From Longimicrobiales bacterium (GTDB lineage Bacteria > Gemmatimonadota > Gemmatimonadetes > Longimicrobiales > Gaopeijiaceae), in assembly GCA_965202805.1 (NCBI GenBank), contig OZ241869.1:2528001-2592000 (forward strand): 64,000 bases of DNA, given 5' to 3'. The notes below the pieces were generated by a model. It was given only the letters and a program-made list of their open reading frames with translations. It was not told the origin of the DNA and searched no databases. Made by a program: the position numbers and the translations under genes. This document shows, in pieces, positions 30,138 to 43,000 of the stretch (position 1 is its first letter; every line of letters starts with the position of its first letter).

Positions 30138-30944
30138 TCAGCGGGCCGGAGCGGTTCCCCCGGCCAGCAGATCGAGGACGCGCGGGTGCAGGGCCGGGTT
30201 GCTGGATACCCCCGAGCCGCCGTGGATGGTGGGCTCGCCCGACACGTCCGTGAAACAGCCGCCCGCCTCGGTGACGATGGTCAGCAGGGGCGCCGCATCC
30301 CAGGAGGCGAGCACCGGGTCCACCATGACCTGAGCCCGACCCGTGGCGACCAGGACGTGGCCGTAGCAGTCGCCCCAGCTGCGGGTCATGCGCGCGGCGG
30401 CGGCCAGGGCCCGCCAGCCCGCTTCGCGGGGATGACCGTGAAAGGCCGCCTCATCGGTGGTGAGCACGAGGCTCCTGTCCAGCCGGTTCTCGGTGGAAAC
30501 CGAACACGGCGCGCCGTTCCAGCGGCACCCCCGGCCCCTGGCCGCCGTTACCGTCTCCCCGAGTGCGGGAAGGTGTACGACCCCCACTACGGGCTCATCC
30601 TCCACCTCGATGCCGATGAGGACGCCCCACAGCGGCACCCCGCGGACAAAGGACTTCGTGCCGTCGATGGGATCGAGAATCCAGCGCACCGGAGCTCCGG
30701 GCAGCACTTCGCCGTGCTCCTCCCCGACGATGCCGTGGTTGGGGAAGCGTCGCCGGATCTCCGCGCGCAAAAGGCTCTCGGCTTCCCGGTCCGCGACGGT
30801 GACCGGCGTGTCGTCGGCCTTGGTTTCGACCCCGATCCGCGTCCCGAAGTACCCGAGCGCGACCTCTCCGGCGGCGCGCGCGAGGTCCTCGGCCGTGCGC
30901 GCGAGGTCATCGAGTTCGATGCGGGTCGGATGGGATGTGCTCAT
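30138..30944 (-). CDS. hisN: Histidinol-phosphatase, inositol monophosphatase family
   Basis: KADDTPVTVADREAE, GEEHG, WILDPIDGTKSFVRGVPLWG, WGDCYG, WDAAP...EAGG. Confidence 0.8.
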   Translation of the reverse strand: MSTSHPTRIELDDLARTAEDLARAAGEVALGYFGTRIGVETKADDTPVTVADREAESLLRAEIRRRFPNHGIVGEEHGEVLPGAPVRWILDPIDGTKSFVRGVPLWGVLIGIEVEDEPVVGVVHLPALGETVTAARGRGCRWNGAPCSVSTENRLDRSLVLTTDEAAFHGHPREAGWRALAAAARMTRSWGDCYGHVLVATGRAQVMVDPVLASWDAAPLLTIVTEAGGCFTDVSGEPTIHGGSGVSSNPALHPRVLDLLAGGTAPAR

Positions 30945-31765
30945 GGCGGACGGCAGGCGGACCGCGGCGGATAGTCCGTGCGCTGCGCCGAGCGGGAAGG
31001 CCGGCGCGTGCCGGGCGGGTGCGCCCCAAGATATCGAAGGTCGCGGCCCTCCGGGAGCGGGCGGGCGGGCGAGCGCCGACGGCGGAGATCCAGATCCGCC
31101 GCCGCAAGGAGATCCTGCCAGCGGTTCATGCCGGCGTCCAGGGCGGCGACACCGAAACTGACCGTGACCCCGTGCACGGAGAGCGCCGGGTCCCTCGCGA
31201 CCGCCTTCGCCATGTGCCGGGCCGCTTCCCGGGCCTGGCCGGTTGCCTTGCCGGGAAGGATGGCGACGAATTCGTCTCCACCCAGCCGGGCCGTCAGAGT
31301 CGGGCAGGCCCTGGAGAGCGTCCTTCCCACGACCGACAGCACTTCGTCACCCGCAACGTATCCGTGCCTTTCGTTGAAGTGCTTGAAGTCGTCCACATCG
31401 AAGAAGGCCAGCGAGAACGGGCGCAGGCGAGAACCCGTCTGGCGGGAAGCCGCGGGGACACCGGGGGCCAGGAGCCGATCCAGATGGCGCTCCAGGTGCC
31501 GGCGATTCGGGAGACCGGTCAGCGGATCGGTCAGCGCCAGGCGCCGATTGGCTTCCGCGATCCGCTCCATCCGGCGCAGCCTCAGTTCCAGCTCCCGAAC
31601 GTAGCGAGCGTCGAGACGGCAGCGGGCGCCAAGGCTTCGTTTTCGCCTCCGGCGGCGGAACCGGACCGATGCCTGCTTCGATTGTCCGTCCGAATACGCC
31701 TCGGGCCCGGAGGGATGTGCCAAGAGCGTGATCCCGCGCGGAGTGTGGACGGACGGGCGACCCAT
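30941..31765 (-). CDS. Stand-alone GGDEF (diguanylate cyclase) protein
   Basis: ALTDPLTGLPNRR, FFDVDDFKHFNERHGYVAGDEVL, ARLGGDEF, VTVSFGVA; start uncertain; stop overlaps the hisN ATG. Confidence 0.8.
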   Translation of the reverse strand: MGRPSVHTPRGITLLAHPSGPEAYSDGQSKQASVRFRRRRRKRSLGARCRLDARYVRELELRLRRMERIAEANRRLALTDPLTGLPNRRHLERHLDRLLAPGVPAASRQTGSRLRPFSLAFFDVDDFKHFNERHGYVAGDEVLSVVGRTLSRACPTLTARLGGDEFVAILPGKATGQAREAARHMAKAVARDPALSVHGVTVSFGVAALDAGMNRWQDLLAAADLDLRRRRSPARPLPEGRDLRYLGAHPPGTRRPSRSAQRTDYPPRSACRPP

Positions 31766-31841
31766 GAGGCTATCGCAACGCCCCATGAGCAGGAATGGGA
31801 GATCGGGACCGATCGGGTCCCGGTTTTCGCCGCAGCGCGCG

Positions 31842-32732
31842 TCAGTCGGCCCGCTCCCGCGGAGCCGCGGGGGCCGGCCCGGTCTCGACGGATTCGGCCT
31901 CGCCGGCGGACTCGGCGCCGTCGATGGATTCAGCCCCGCCGATGGATTCGGCCCCGTCGCCCCCGGCCGCCAATCCTTCCGCACGTTCCGCGTAGCGCCT
32001 GATCTCGTAGCCGACGGCCCTAAGGATCCCCGCTTCCTGGGTGTCAGGCTCGGCGCGCGCGATGATGGTGCGCAGGGTGCGCATCACTCCCTCGGGCGCG
32101 CGGCGGGTGAAGAAGTCGATGCGGTCGAGGCCGCGCTCGAGCACCGCGTAGGTCTCCTCCAGTTCGGCGCTGCTGGCGGGTTCGGTCGCGCGCCGTCCCC
32201 GGGGCAACTCCGCCGGGTCGTGCGCCGCCAGGAAGATCTCGTAGGCCAGGATCAGCACCGCCTGGGCCAGGTTGAGGCTCTTGTACTCGGGCAGGGTCGG
32301 AACGATCGCCACCCGGTTGCACAGGTCCAGCGCCTGGTTGGAGAGGCCGCGGTCCTCGCGCCCGAAGAGCACCGCCACCCTGCCCCGGGAAGCGCGCTCG
32401 AGCACCTGGGCCGCCAGCTCGCGCGGCCGCCCGTAGTTGCGGTGGGCGGTGCGGGCGCGCGCCGTGGTGCCGAGCACGAAGACGGTGTCGGCCAGGGCGT
32501 CGGCCAGGGTGTCGTGGATCTCGGCGCGCTCGACCAGATGGTCGCTGCGGTGGGCGATCCCGGTAATGCGCCAGGCGTCGAACTCGGCGGGACGCACCAG
32601 GCGCAGCCGGTCGAGTCCCATGTTCATCATCGCCCGCACCGTACCCGCGATGTTGACCAGGTTCTGCGGCTCGTGCAGCACGACCACAACGTTGGAGAGC
32701 GGAGAAGCCTCCGCCGGCACATCTCCCGGCAT
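31842..32732 (-). CDS. trmJ: SPOUT tRNA methyltransferase, TrmJ/LasT family
   Basis: VVLHEPQNLVNIAGTVRAMMNMG, GTTAR, LFGREDRGLSN, YKSLNLAQAV. Confidence 0.85.
   Translation of the reverse strand: MPGDVPAEASPLSNVVVVLHEPQNLVNIAGTVRAMMNMGLDRLRLVRPAEFDAWRITGIAHRSDHLVERAEIHDTLADALADTVFVLGTTARARTAHRNYGRPRELAAQVLERASRGRVAVLFGREDRGLSNQALDLCNRVAIVPTLPEYKSLNLAQAVLILAYEIFLAAHDPAELPRGRRATEPASSAELEETYAVLERGLDRIDFFTRRAPEGVMRTLRTIIARAEPDTQEAGILRAVGYEIRRYAERAEGLAAGGDGAESIGGAESIDGAESAGEAESVETGPAPAAPRERAD
31885..31956 (-). repeat. Four degenerate 18-bp tandem repeats encoding (G/E)AES-x-x at the TrmJ C-terminus
   Basis: tcgacggattcggcctcg / ccggcggactcggcgccg / tcgatggattcagccccg / ccgatggattcggccccg. Confidence 0.8.
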
Positions 32733-32806
32733 GGGGCGGGTCAGCGACGCGGTCGGGCGCGGATGCAGCGCCGCTGGAACGCCGGGCGCAGTGCGTGCAC
32801 GGACCG

Positions 32807-33040
32807 TCAGGACTCGGAGGCTACTTCTTCCTCGGGCGCCTCGGGGAACTGGGGCGACTCATCCGCCTGCCCTTCCTTGAGACCGCGCTTGAAGTTCTTG
32901 ATGCCCGTGCCCACCCCGCGGGCGAACTCGGGAATCTTGCGGCCTCCGAAGAAGAGGACCAGGAGGCCCAGCGCCAGAAGGATCTCGTTGAATCCCAGCA
33001 GCAGGGGCAGCGCCACAAAGACCGGGTCTGGACCGAACAT
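32807..33040 (-). CDS. tatA: Twin-arginine translocase subunit TatA/E
   Basis: EILLALGLLVLFFGGRKIPEFARGVGTGIKNFKRGLKE. Confidence 0.88.
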   Translation of the reverse strand: MFGPDPVFVALPLLLGFNEILLALGLLVLFFGGRKIPEFARGVGTGIKNFKRGLKEGQADESPQFPEAPEEEVASES

Positions 33041-33107
33041 GTTCTCGCCTCGATGTCGTGGGGTCGACCTGTGGAAGGTAGCAGCCCGCGGGTGACTTCG
33101 CCCGCTG

Positions 33108-34289
33108 TCAGGCTCCGGCCTCTCGCAGCAGGAGCTTCGCGATGGTCTGAAGCTGCATGTTGGTCGTCCCTTCGTAAATGGTGCCTATCTTCGCGTCGCG
33201 GTAGAACTTCTCGACCGGGTACTCGCTGGTGAAGCCGTATCCACCGTGCAGATCCACGCACTCCGACGCCACCCTCTGAGCGGTCTGCGATGCGAAGAGC
33301 TTGGCCATCGCCGCCTGACGAATGTAGGGGTACCCGCCGTCGCGCAGGCGCGCCGCATTGTACACCAGCAGGCGCGCAGCCTCCACGTCGGTGGCCATCT
33401 GCGCGAGCTGGAACTGAACCCCCTGAAACTCGGAGACCGAACGGCCGAACTGTTCCCGCTCCCGCGTATAGCGCAGGGTGTGGTCGAGGGCTCCCTGCGC
33501 CAGCCCCACCATCTGGGCGCCGATTCCGATGCGTCCCTCGTTGAGGGTGGCGATCGCGATCCTGTACCCGAGGCCGACCTCGCCCAGCAGATTCCCGCCG
33601 GGGACCCGGCAGCCGTCCAGCACCACCTCCGTCGTCGACGACGCCCGAATCCCCAGCTTCTGCTCCCTCCTGCCCACGGAGAGGCCCGGCGTATCCCTCT
33701 CGACCAGAAACGCGGTGATGCCGCGGTAGCCCGAATCCGGATCGACGTTGGCGAAGACGATGTAGAGCCCGGCTTCGGCTCCGTTGGTGATCCAGAGCTT
33801 CTGGCCGTTCAGAATCCAGTCGTCGCCCGCGCGCACCGCGGTGCATCGGAGGGCGAAGGCGTCGGACCCGCTTCCCGCCTCCGAAAGCGCGTAGGCGCCG
33901 ACGGTGCCGGAGGCCAGACGCGGCAGATGGCGGCTCTGCTGCTGCCCGGTTCCGTAACGGAGGAGCGCATTGATGACCAGGGTGTTCTGCACGTCCACCA
34001 GCACGGCCACCGCGGGGTCCACGGAGGAGAGTTCCTCGACGACGAGCACGGCCGCGAAGAACGAGCTGCCCGCTCCCCCGAAGCGTTCGGGAATCTCCAC
34101 CCCCATGAGCCCGAACTCGAACAGCTTGCGGATCAGCGCCGGATCCATGGCGTGCTGGGCGTCCATCGCGGACACCCTGGGTGCGATCTCGCTGCGCGCG
34201 AAGTCCCGCACGGCCTGCTGAAAGAAGCGCTCCTCCTCGCCAAGGGAGGTCAGCGCGGCGCGCATTCCGTCCGCGAAGCCTGCCTGCAT
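33108..34289 (-). CDS. Acyl-CoA dehydrogenase (short/branched-chain type)
   Basis: YALSEAGSGSDA, LNGQKLWITNG, KLGIRASST, REQFG, HGGYGF, RDAKIGTIYEGT. Confidence 0.92.
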   Translation of the reverse strand: MQAGFADGMRAALTSLGEEERFFQQAVRDFARSEIAPRVSAMDAQHAMDPALIRKLFEFGLMGVEIPERFGGAGSSFFAAVLVVEELSSVDPAVAVLVDVQNTLVINALLRYGTGQQQSRHLPRLASGTVGAYALSEAGSGSDAFALRCTAVRAGDDWILNGQKLWITNGAEAGLYIVFANVDPDSGYRGITAFLVERDTPGLSVGRREQKLGIRASSTTEVVLDGCRVPGGNLLGEVGLGYRIAIATLNEGRIGIGAQMVGLAQGALDHTLRYTREREQFGRSVSEFQGVQFQLAQMATDVEAARLLVYNAARLRDGGYPYIRQAAMAKLFASQTAQRVASECVDLHGGYGFTSEYPVEKFYRDAKIGTIYEGTTNMQLQTIAKLLLREAGA

Positions 34290-34482
34290 GAAAACTCCGT
34301 TCCTGCGCTGGAAGTCGAGGAAACGACCGATCCATGGACCGCTTCCTCATCCATGGACGGCGGCGCGGGCATCACGCGCGCGCGGCGCGCCGTACAACCC
34401 CCTCGGGGCGCGCGGCGTTCCCCCGTGGAACCCTGAGCTCGAGGCCGATCCGGCTTCGGCGCCAGGGGTGCCGGCATCGGGG

Positions 34483-34512
34483 TTGACGGGGCAGGAACGC
34501 GCTTTCTATAGT
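34483..34512 (+). promoter_or_regulatory. Sigma70-type promoter of the gcvH operon
   Basis: TTGACG-18 nt-TATAGT. Confidence 0.6.
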
Positions 34513-34558
34513 CCCGAACCGAAATCCACCCTCGATCACTCCTGTGCCCGGAGCACCC

Positions 34559-34948
34559 ATGTCCGACATCCCCGAGCATCTCTACTACACCGAGGAGCAT
34601 GAGTATGTGGGGGAAACCGACGAGGAGAGCGTCTACGTCGTCGGCATCACCGACTACGCGCAGGGGGAACTGGGCGACATCGTGTACGTGGAACTGCCCA
34701 GAACCGGCACGCACTTCGACCGGATGGAGGTGTTCGGGGTCATCGAGGCGGTGAAGGCGGTCAGCGACCTCTACTGCCCGATCGCGGGCGAGGTCGTCGA
34801 GATCAACGAGGCCATCGACCTGGACCCGGCGCTGGTGAACGGCGATCCCTACGGGGACGGCTGGATGATCAAGCTGCGCGCGGAGGACGACGACGCGCTG
34901 GAGGGCCTGATGAGCCCCGAGGACTACGAATCCCACATCGACGGGTGA
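34559..34948 (+). CDS. gcvH: Glycine cleavage system H protein
   Basis: [23 protein letters not shown], lipoyl-Lys in [18 protein letters not shown]. Confidence 0.95.
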   Translation: MSDIPEHLYYTEEHEYVGETDEESVYVVGITDYAQGELGDIVYVELPRTGTHFDRMEVFGVIEAVKAVSDLYCPIAGEVVEINEAIDLDPALVNGDPYGDGWMIKLRAEDDDALEGLMSPEDYESHIDG

Positions 34949-34985
34949 GCAGCACCGCATCCGCGCTTCGCGCATCGCCCGACTG

Positions 34986-37859
<2,874 letters not shown>

Positions 37860-37861
37860 CC

Positions 37862-38557
37862 ATGGCCAGCCTGACGTATCACGGACACGCCACCTTCCTG
37901 CTCGAGCTGAACGACGGCACGCGCATCTCGATCGACCCCTGGTATGAGGAGAGCCCCGCCAACGACCTGTCGCTCGCGGATCTGGGGGACGTCGACTACG
38001 TGTTCTGCTCGCACGGGCACTTCGATCACTTCGCGGATGCGATTCCGCTGGCGAACGCGACCGGCGCCACGCTGGTGTCGACCTTCGAGATCGTGGCCTT
38101 CGCCCAGACCCAGGGGGTCGAGAACGCGCACCCGATGCACATCGGCGGGGGATTCAACTTCCCCTTCGGGCGCGTGAAGATGACGCCCGCGCTGCACGGC
38201 GGTCAGGTGCACGGCGACAATACCGGCGCGTACACGACGGTTCCGGGCGGGCTGCTCTTCCACGCCGACGGCACGCGGGTGTATCACGCCGGCGACACCG
38301 CGCTGCTCACGGACATGAAGCTGCTGCGCGGCCAGGTGGACGTGGCCCTGCTGCCGATCGGCGACAACTTCACCATGGGCCCGGACGACGCGGCCATCGC
38401 GGTGGACTTCATCCAGCCGTCGGTGGTGGTGCCGATCCACTACAACACCTTCCCGCCCATCGTTCAGGACCCGGAGGCATTCCGGGCGCTGGTCGGGGAC
38501 GCCGCGCGGGTGGAGGTGATGGGCAGCGGCGACGTGCTGGAGCTGGGCGGAGGCTGA
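37862..38557 (+). CDS. Metallo-beta-lactamase-fold hydrolase (UPF0173-like)
   Basis: YHGHATF, SHGHFDHFAD, YHAGDT, LPIGDNFTMGP, PIHYNTFP. Confidence 0.88.
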   Translation: MASLTYHGHATFLLELNDGTRISIDPWYEESPANDLSLADLGDVDYVFCSHGHFDHFADAIPLANATGATLVSTFEIVAFAQTQGVENAHPMHIGGGFNFPFGRVKMTPALHGGQVHGDNTGAYTTVPGGLLFHADGTRVYHAGDTALLTDMKLLRGQVDVALLPIGDNFTMGPDDAAIAVDFIQPSVVVPIHYNTFPPIVQDPEAFRALVGDAARVEVMGSGDVLELGGG

Positions 38558-38697
38558 GGGAGGCCGAGGGGCGCCTCGGGCTCGCTCGGAGACACGGGCC
38601 GGTATCGTCTCCGAGGACGATGTCCGGCGGAGCGCAGTGGAGCGCGGCCGCCCGAAGGGTGGCGGGTATGGCCGGGTGGCGCGAGACGGTTCGCCGG

Positions 38698-39477
38698 ATG
38701 GCTCGCCTGCGGTGGACCGTCGTCTTCGACCCGCCCCGTGACGGCGCGGCCAACATGGCGGTGGACCATGCCCTCGCGGAAACCGTCGAGCCCGGCGCGG
38801 CGTGGCTGCGGCTGTACCGCTGGGTCCGGCCGACCCTTTCGCTGGGCCGCAACGAGCCGGCCGCGGGCGCCTACGACTTCGAGCGCGCGGAGCGGCTGGG
38901 CATCGACGTGGTGCGTCGTCCCACCGGCGGCCGGGGCGTGCTGCACGACGCCGAGCTGACCTACGCGGTGGTCGCCCCGGTCGCCGCGGCCGGGCGGTTG
39001 CGGGCGGCCTACGCGGCGGTCCATGCCGGCCTGGCCGCCGGACTCCGCTCCCTCGGGGCGGACGCCCGGTTGGCCGCGGGGGTGGCGCCGGGCCCGCCGC
39101 GGGCGGGAGCATGCTTCGACGCGACCGCCGGAGGGGAGGTGGTGGCGGGGGGGCGGAAGCTCGCCGGCAGCGCCCAGGCGCGCATCGGCCGGGCCCTGTT
39201 ACAGCACGGCTCCATCCTGATCGACGGCACCCAGGAACGAGTCGGCGAACTGCGCCGGCAGTCTCCCGACGCGGACACACCACCCGCGTCCACGACCCTC
39301 CGCGAACAGCTCGGCCGCGCACCCTCGTGGCGGGAGGTCGCGACGGCGGTCACGGAAGGGCTCGCCACGGAGCTGGGAACGGAGATCGTGACAGGAGAAC
39401 TCCCGCGAAGGGTGACACGGCTGATCGGGCCGCTGGGGCGCCACTACCGGTCGCGCGAGTGGACGCTACGCCGGTAG
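38698..39477 (+). CDS. Lipoate-protein ligase / LipM-like octanoyltransferase (catalytic domain only)
   Basis: NMAVDHAL, LRLYRW..PTLSLG, VRRPTGGRGVLH, ACF, GRKLAGSAQ, LQHGSI; start uncertain (38620-38698). Confidence 0.85.
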   Translation: MARLRWTVVFDPPRDGAANMAVDHALAETVEPGAAWLRLYRWVRPTLSLGRNEPAAGAYDFERAERLGIDVVRRPTGGRGVLHDAELTYAVVAPVAAAGRLRAAYAAVHAGLAAGLRSLGADARLAAGVAPGPPRAGACFDATAGGEVVAGGRKLAGSAQARIGRALLQHGSILIDGTQERVGELRRQSPDADTPPASTTLREQLGRAPSWREVATAVTEGLATELGTEIVTGELPRRVTRLIGPLGRHYRSREWTLRR

Positions 39478-39751
39478 ATCGGGCCGGCGAATGCGCGAGG
39501 CCTTCCGTCGGATCGAGATCGTCCGGGCGGCTGGCCCGGGCGATTCTGCAACGGACAGGGCAGGCATCGGAGGACCGACGCCAGCCTCGATGAGGTACCT
39601 TCCGCGGAGTCGCGAACGCCGGGCTCCATCGGAGGTACTCTCATGTACGGCATCGCGATCGATGGCACCGGCTCAGGTGCCGCCCCGGATGTGCCAGCCA
39701 TTTACGAAGTTACGATCCGGCCTGCTACCTGAGACGAGCGCCGGACAACCC

Positions 39752-39780
39752 TTGACACACCCCGGAGGTGCTTTCATCTT
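39752..39780 (+). promoter_or_regulatory. Putative sigma70 promoter of exbB
   Basis: TTGACA-17 nt-CATCTT. Confidence 0.5.
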
Positions 39781-39865
39781 GCCTGCTCCGGTGCTAGGAT
39801 AAGTTCCGGTGGACCCGGTGGGCTGTCCGATGTGGGCAGTCATTTCGTTGCCTTGAACCCAGCTC

Positions 39866-40585
39866 ATGGAGGGCACTCCCTTGGCCGCACTCAACAACCT
39901 TTATGTTGCGCTCCTGCAGATCCCCGGGATGGAAGCTCCGGATCAGACACTCGGCGAGCAAATGGGATTCATCTGGGATCAGACGGGCTTCATGCGCTAT
40001 CCGCTGGCCGCCTGCATCGTCGTCGGCATCATCGTCATCATCTGGAAGTTCTTCGACCTGATGGCCAAGAGCGGCCGCACCAAGAAGATCCTCTCCGAGG
40101 TCGACGCTCTGCTCGCCGACGCCCAGCTGCAGGAGGCGATCGAGGTCACCCGCGAGTCCAACTCGCCCGCCGCGAACATCCTGTACGCCGGCCTCGAGCG
40201 GCACGAGGAAGGCACCGACCGGGTCATGAAGGCCATCGAGAACCAGGGGCTCATCGAGCTGAGCCGTCTGGAGCGCGGCCTGGTGGTCCTGGCGACCCTC
40301 ACCAACATTGCCCCGCTCCTCGGCTTCCTGGGCACGGTGATCGGGATGATCATCGCGTTCCAGTCCATCGAGCTGGCCGGTGAGGTCGAGGCGACGCTGG
40401 TGGCGGGCGGCATCAAGGTGGCGCTCCTTACGACCGCGGCCGGCCTCACGATCGCGATCCCCGTGAGCATCGCCCACAACTTCTTCGTCTCGCGCATCGA
40501 CTCGCTCGTCATCGACATGGAGGAGTCGGCCCAGAAGATGATCGACGCGCTCCACGCGATGGAGACCGGGAGGGCGTCCATATAG
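39866..40585 (+). CDS. exbB: MotA/TolQ/ExbB proton-channel protein
   Basis: LERGLVVLATLTNIAPLLGFLGTVIGMI, VAGGIKVALLTTAAGL.IAIP..IAHN. Confidence 0.88.
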   Translation: MEGTPLAALNNLYVALLQIPGMEAPDQTLGEQMGFIWDQTGFMRYPLAACIVVGIIVIIWKFFDLMAKSGRTKKILSEVDALLADAQLQEAIEVTRESNSPAANILYAGLERHEEGTDRVMKAIENQGLIELSRLERGLVVLATLTNIAPLLGFLGTVIGMIIAFQSIELAGEVEATLVAGGIKVALLTTAAGLTIAIPVSIAHNFFVSRIDSLVIDMEESAQKMIDALHAMETGRASI

Positions 40586-40607
40586 CCGGAACCCGAGGTT
40601 TCGCAGT

Positions 40608-40644
40608 CGAGAGGTCACCCCCTGGGGTGGCCTTTCGTCGTTTT
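40608..40644 (+). terminator. Intrinsic terminator after exbB
   Basis: Stem GAGAGGTCACCC-cctg-GGGTGGCCTTTC followed by GTCGTTTT. Confidence 0.6.
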
Positions 40645-40662
40645 CAGGCCAGGGGTTTGAAG

Positions 40663-42984
40663 ATGAAGCCGTCCTCCGTGAAGGTACTGATTCTCGCCAC
40701 TGCGGCGTCCCTGATCATCGCCGCCCCCACCCCGGCCTCGTCCCTGTCCCGGCCGGCGACGACTCCCCAGGCTGCCGCGGCCGGGAGCCGTGACCGGATC
40801 GAACGGCCCTGGCAGACCGCGGTCGCGCTGAGAGAGGCGCTCGCCGCGACCGATTCCCCCCAACCCGCAGCCGTCCTGGAGCTGGCCCGCGCCGAGGCGG
40901 GCTGGCGGAACTGGACGGAGGTGAACGAGTTGCTGGCGGGCGCGGAGTGGCTCGACGAGGTGAATGCCGGAGAAGGATGGTTCCTTCTCGGCCGGGCAGC
41001 CGAGGCGGAAGGAGACTGGGCGGCCGCCGAGCACGCCCTGAGCGCCTATCTGGCCGGCGGAAGCCGCGACGAGGAAGCGGTCCTGCGGCTGATCCGGATT
41101 CGAGCCCGTCTGAACCGTTCCGGTGACGCGCTCGGGACGCTGGAGGCGATCGCCACCGGCCGCACGGACTACTTCAACAGCCGCTTGCGGCTGGAGGTCG
41201 CGGACATTCTCGCCCCGCTGGGCGACACCGCCGGGGTGCGGCTGGCGATCGCGGGCATCACCGACGACGAGGTCCGGGAACGGAGCTGGCTGCTCCGCTC
41301 CGACGCATACCTGACCGTGGCCGACAGCGCCGCCGCCGAGACCTTCCTCGACCAGACCGTCGCCTCGATCTCGAACGACGGACGCCGGGCGCGGGGATGG
41401 GCGATGCTGGGCGAACTGCGACAGGCGCGCGGCGACCGGGAGGGCGGGCTCGCCGCCTTCCGGGCCGTGCTCGACGCCGTCGACCGGGGCAGCGCCGCCA
41501 CCCTCGCTGCCACCGCCCTCGCGGAATCGGGCACCGCCCCGACCGACGACCTGCCGGCCCTGGGGCGCGTCCTCCAGCGGGGAGGCGAAACCGGACGCGC
41601 GCTCGAAGTCTACGACCGCTACCTGGAGGAAACCTCCACCGCTCCGCCTATCACCCTGCGCCTGGCGCGCGCGCGCCTGCTGGCAGGCTCGGGGCGGCTC
41701 TCGGAAGCCAGAGACGAGCTCACCAGCCTCGCCGGGAGCGATGACCCGGAGGTGGGCGCACCCGCCCTCGACAACCTGGCCCGGGTGCAGCGGCGGCTCG
41801 GTGCGGGGGGCGCGGCGGAGACAGCGCAGGAGCAGATGGTGGAGCGCTTCCCGGGCAGCCGTGAAGCGGTCGACTTCGTCTTCTTCCGAGCAGACGCGGA
41901 CCACGACGCGGGCCGGCTCTCCCGGGCCATGGAAGGGTACGGGCAAACCGCGTCGATGGCGCCCACCATGGATCGCGCCGGTCTGGCGCGCATGCGCCTC
42001 GGCCAGCTACACATCGGCGCCGGCGATCATCGGCAGGCGGCCGGGGTTTTTGAAGACTACCTCGCCGACTTTCCGCGGGGGCGGCGCTGGCAGGAAGCGG
42101 CCTACTGGGCTGCGTGGGCCCGCCTTCGGCTGGGCAACCGCGAGCTCGCTGCCGGGCATGTGGCCCTCGTCACCCGCGGTGATCCTCTTTCCTACTACGC
42201 CTTCCTCGGAGCGGAGCTGCTCGGCGAGGACTACGACCCCGAACTGGAGCCCGATCCCCCCTTCGACGAATCCAGCGTCTTCTGGATGTACGAGCCGCTG
42301 CGCGAAGCCGCGCTCCTGAGGCGCGCGGGGATGAACTCGGCCGCCGCGGACATCGCGGCGCGATTGCTGGAACGGGCTGAAAGCTCTCCGGGAGCGCTGC
42401 TCCGGCTGGCCGAGGGCCTGCTCGCCGAGGGCATGTACATCGAGGGCATCCGCGTCGGCGGACGGGGCCAGAGCGCCGGATACCCCCGCTCGCCGCGCCT
42501 CGTGCGCGCGGCCTATCCGCTCCCCTATCGGGACCTCATCTTCGACGAGGCGGCCAGGCACGAAGTGGACCCGTTCCTGATGGCCGCCCTGATGCGCCAG
42601 GAATCCGCCTTCGACGCGGAAATCGTCTCCAGCGCGGGAGCGGTCGGGCTCATGCAGGTGATGCCCGCAACCGGACGCGAGCTCGCGCGCCGGGGAGGAC
42701 CGCAGCCCTTTTCGGCTACGGCCCTGAGGGTCGCCGATGTCAACCTGCACCTCGGCTCGCGCTACCTCGCGCAGATGCTCGGCCGCTACGACGGCCAGCT
42801 GCCGCTGGTGCTGTCGGCCTACAACGCGGGTCCTTCCCGCGCCAACCGCTGGCGCCGCCTGCCGGAAGCCGCGGACCTGCAGCGCTTCACGGAGCGGATC
42901 CCCTTCTTCGAAACGCGCAACTACGTGAAGAGCGTCGAGCGCAACCTGCGGATCTATCGCTGGCTGTACGGCGACGACTCGTGA
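40663..42984 (+). CDS. slt: Soluble lytic transglycosylase with TPR/superhelical N-terminus
   Basis: Signal peptide; ALMRQESAF, SSAGAVGLMQVMPAT, AYNAGP, ERIPFFETRNYVK. Confidence 0.88.
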   Translation: MKPSSVKVLILATAASLIIAAPTPASSLSRPATTPQAAAAGSRDRIERPWQTAVALREALAATDSPQPAAVLELARAEAGWRNWTEVNELLAGAEWLDEVNAGEGWFLLGRAAEAEGDWAAAEHALSAYLAGGSRDEEAVLRLIRIRARLNRSGDALGTLEAIATGRTDYFNSRLRLEVADILAPLGDTAGVRLAIAGITDDEVRERSWLLRSDAYLTVADSAAAETFLDQTVASISNDGRRARGWAMLGELRQARGDREGGLAAFRAVLDAVDRGSAATLAATALAESGTAPTDDLPALGRVLQRGGETGRALEVYDRYLEETSTAPPITLRLARARLLAGSGRLSEARDELTSLAGSDDPEVGAPALDNLARVQRRLGAGGAAETAQEQMVERFPGSREAVDFVFFRADADHDAGRLSRAMEGYGQTASMAPTMDRAGLARMRLGQLHIGAGDHRQAAGVFEDYLADFPRGRRWQEAAYWAAWARLRLGNRELAAGHVALVTRGDPLSYYAFLGAELLGEDYDPELEPDPPFDESSVFWMYEPLREAALLRRAGMNSAAADIAARLLERAESSPGALLRLAEGLLAEGMYIEGIRVGGRGQSAGYPRSPRLVRAAYPLPYRDLIFDEAARHEVDPFLMAALMRQESAFDAEIVSSAGAVGLMQVMPATGRELARRGGPQPFSATALRVADVNLHLGSRYLAQMLGRYDGQLPLVLSAYNAGPSRANRWRRLPEAADLQRFTERIPFFETRNYVKSVERNLRIYRWLYGDDS

Positions 42985-43000
42985 ACCGCGGCTACGGGCC

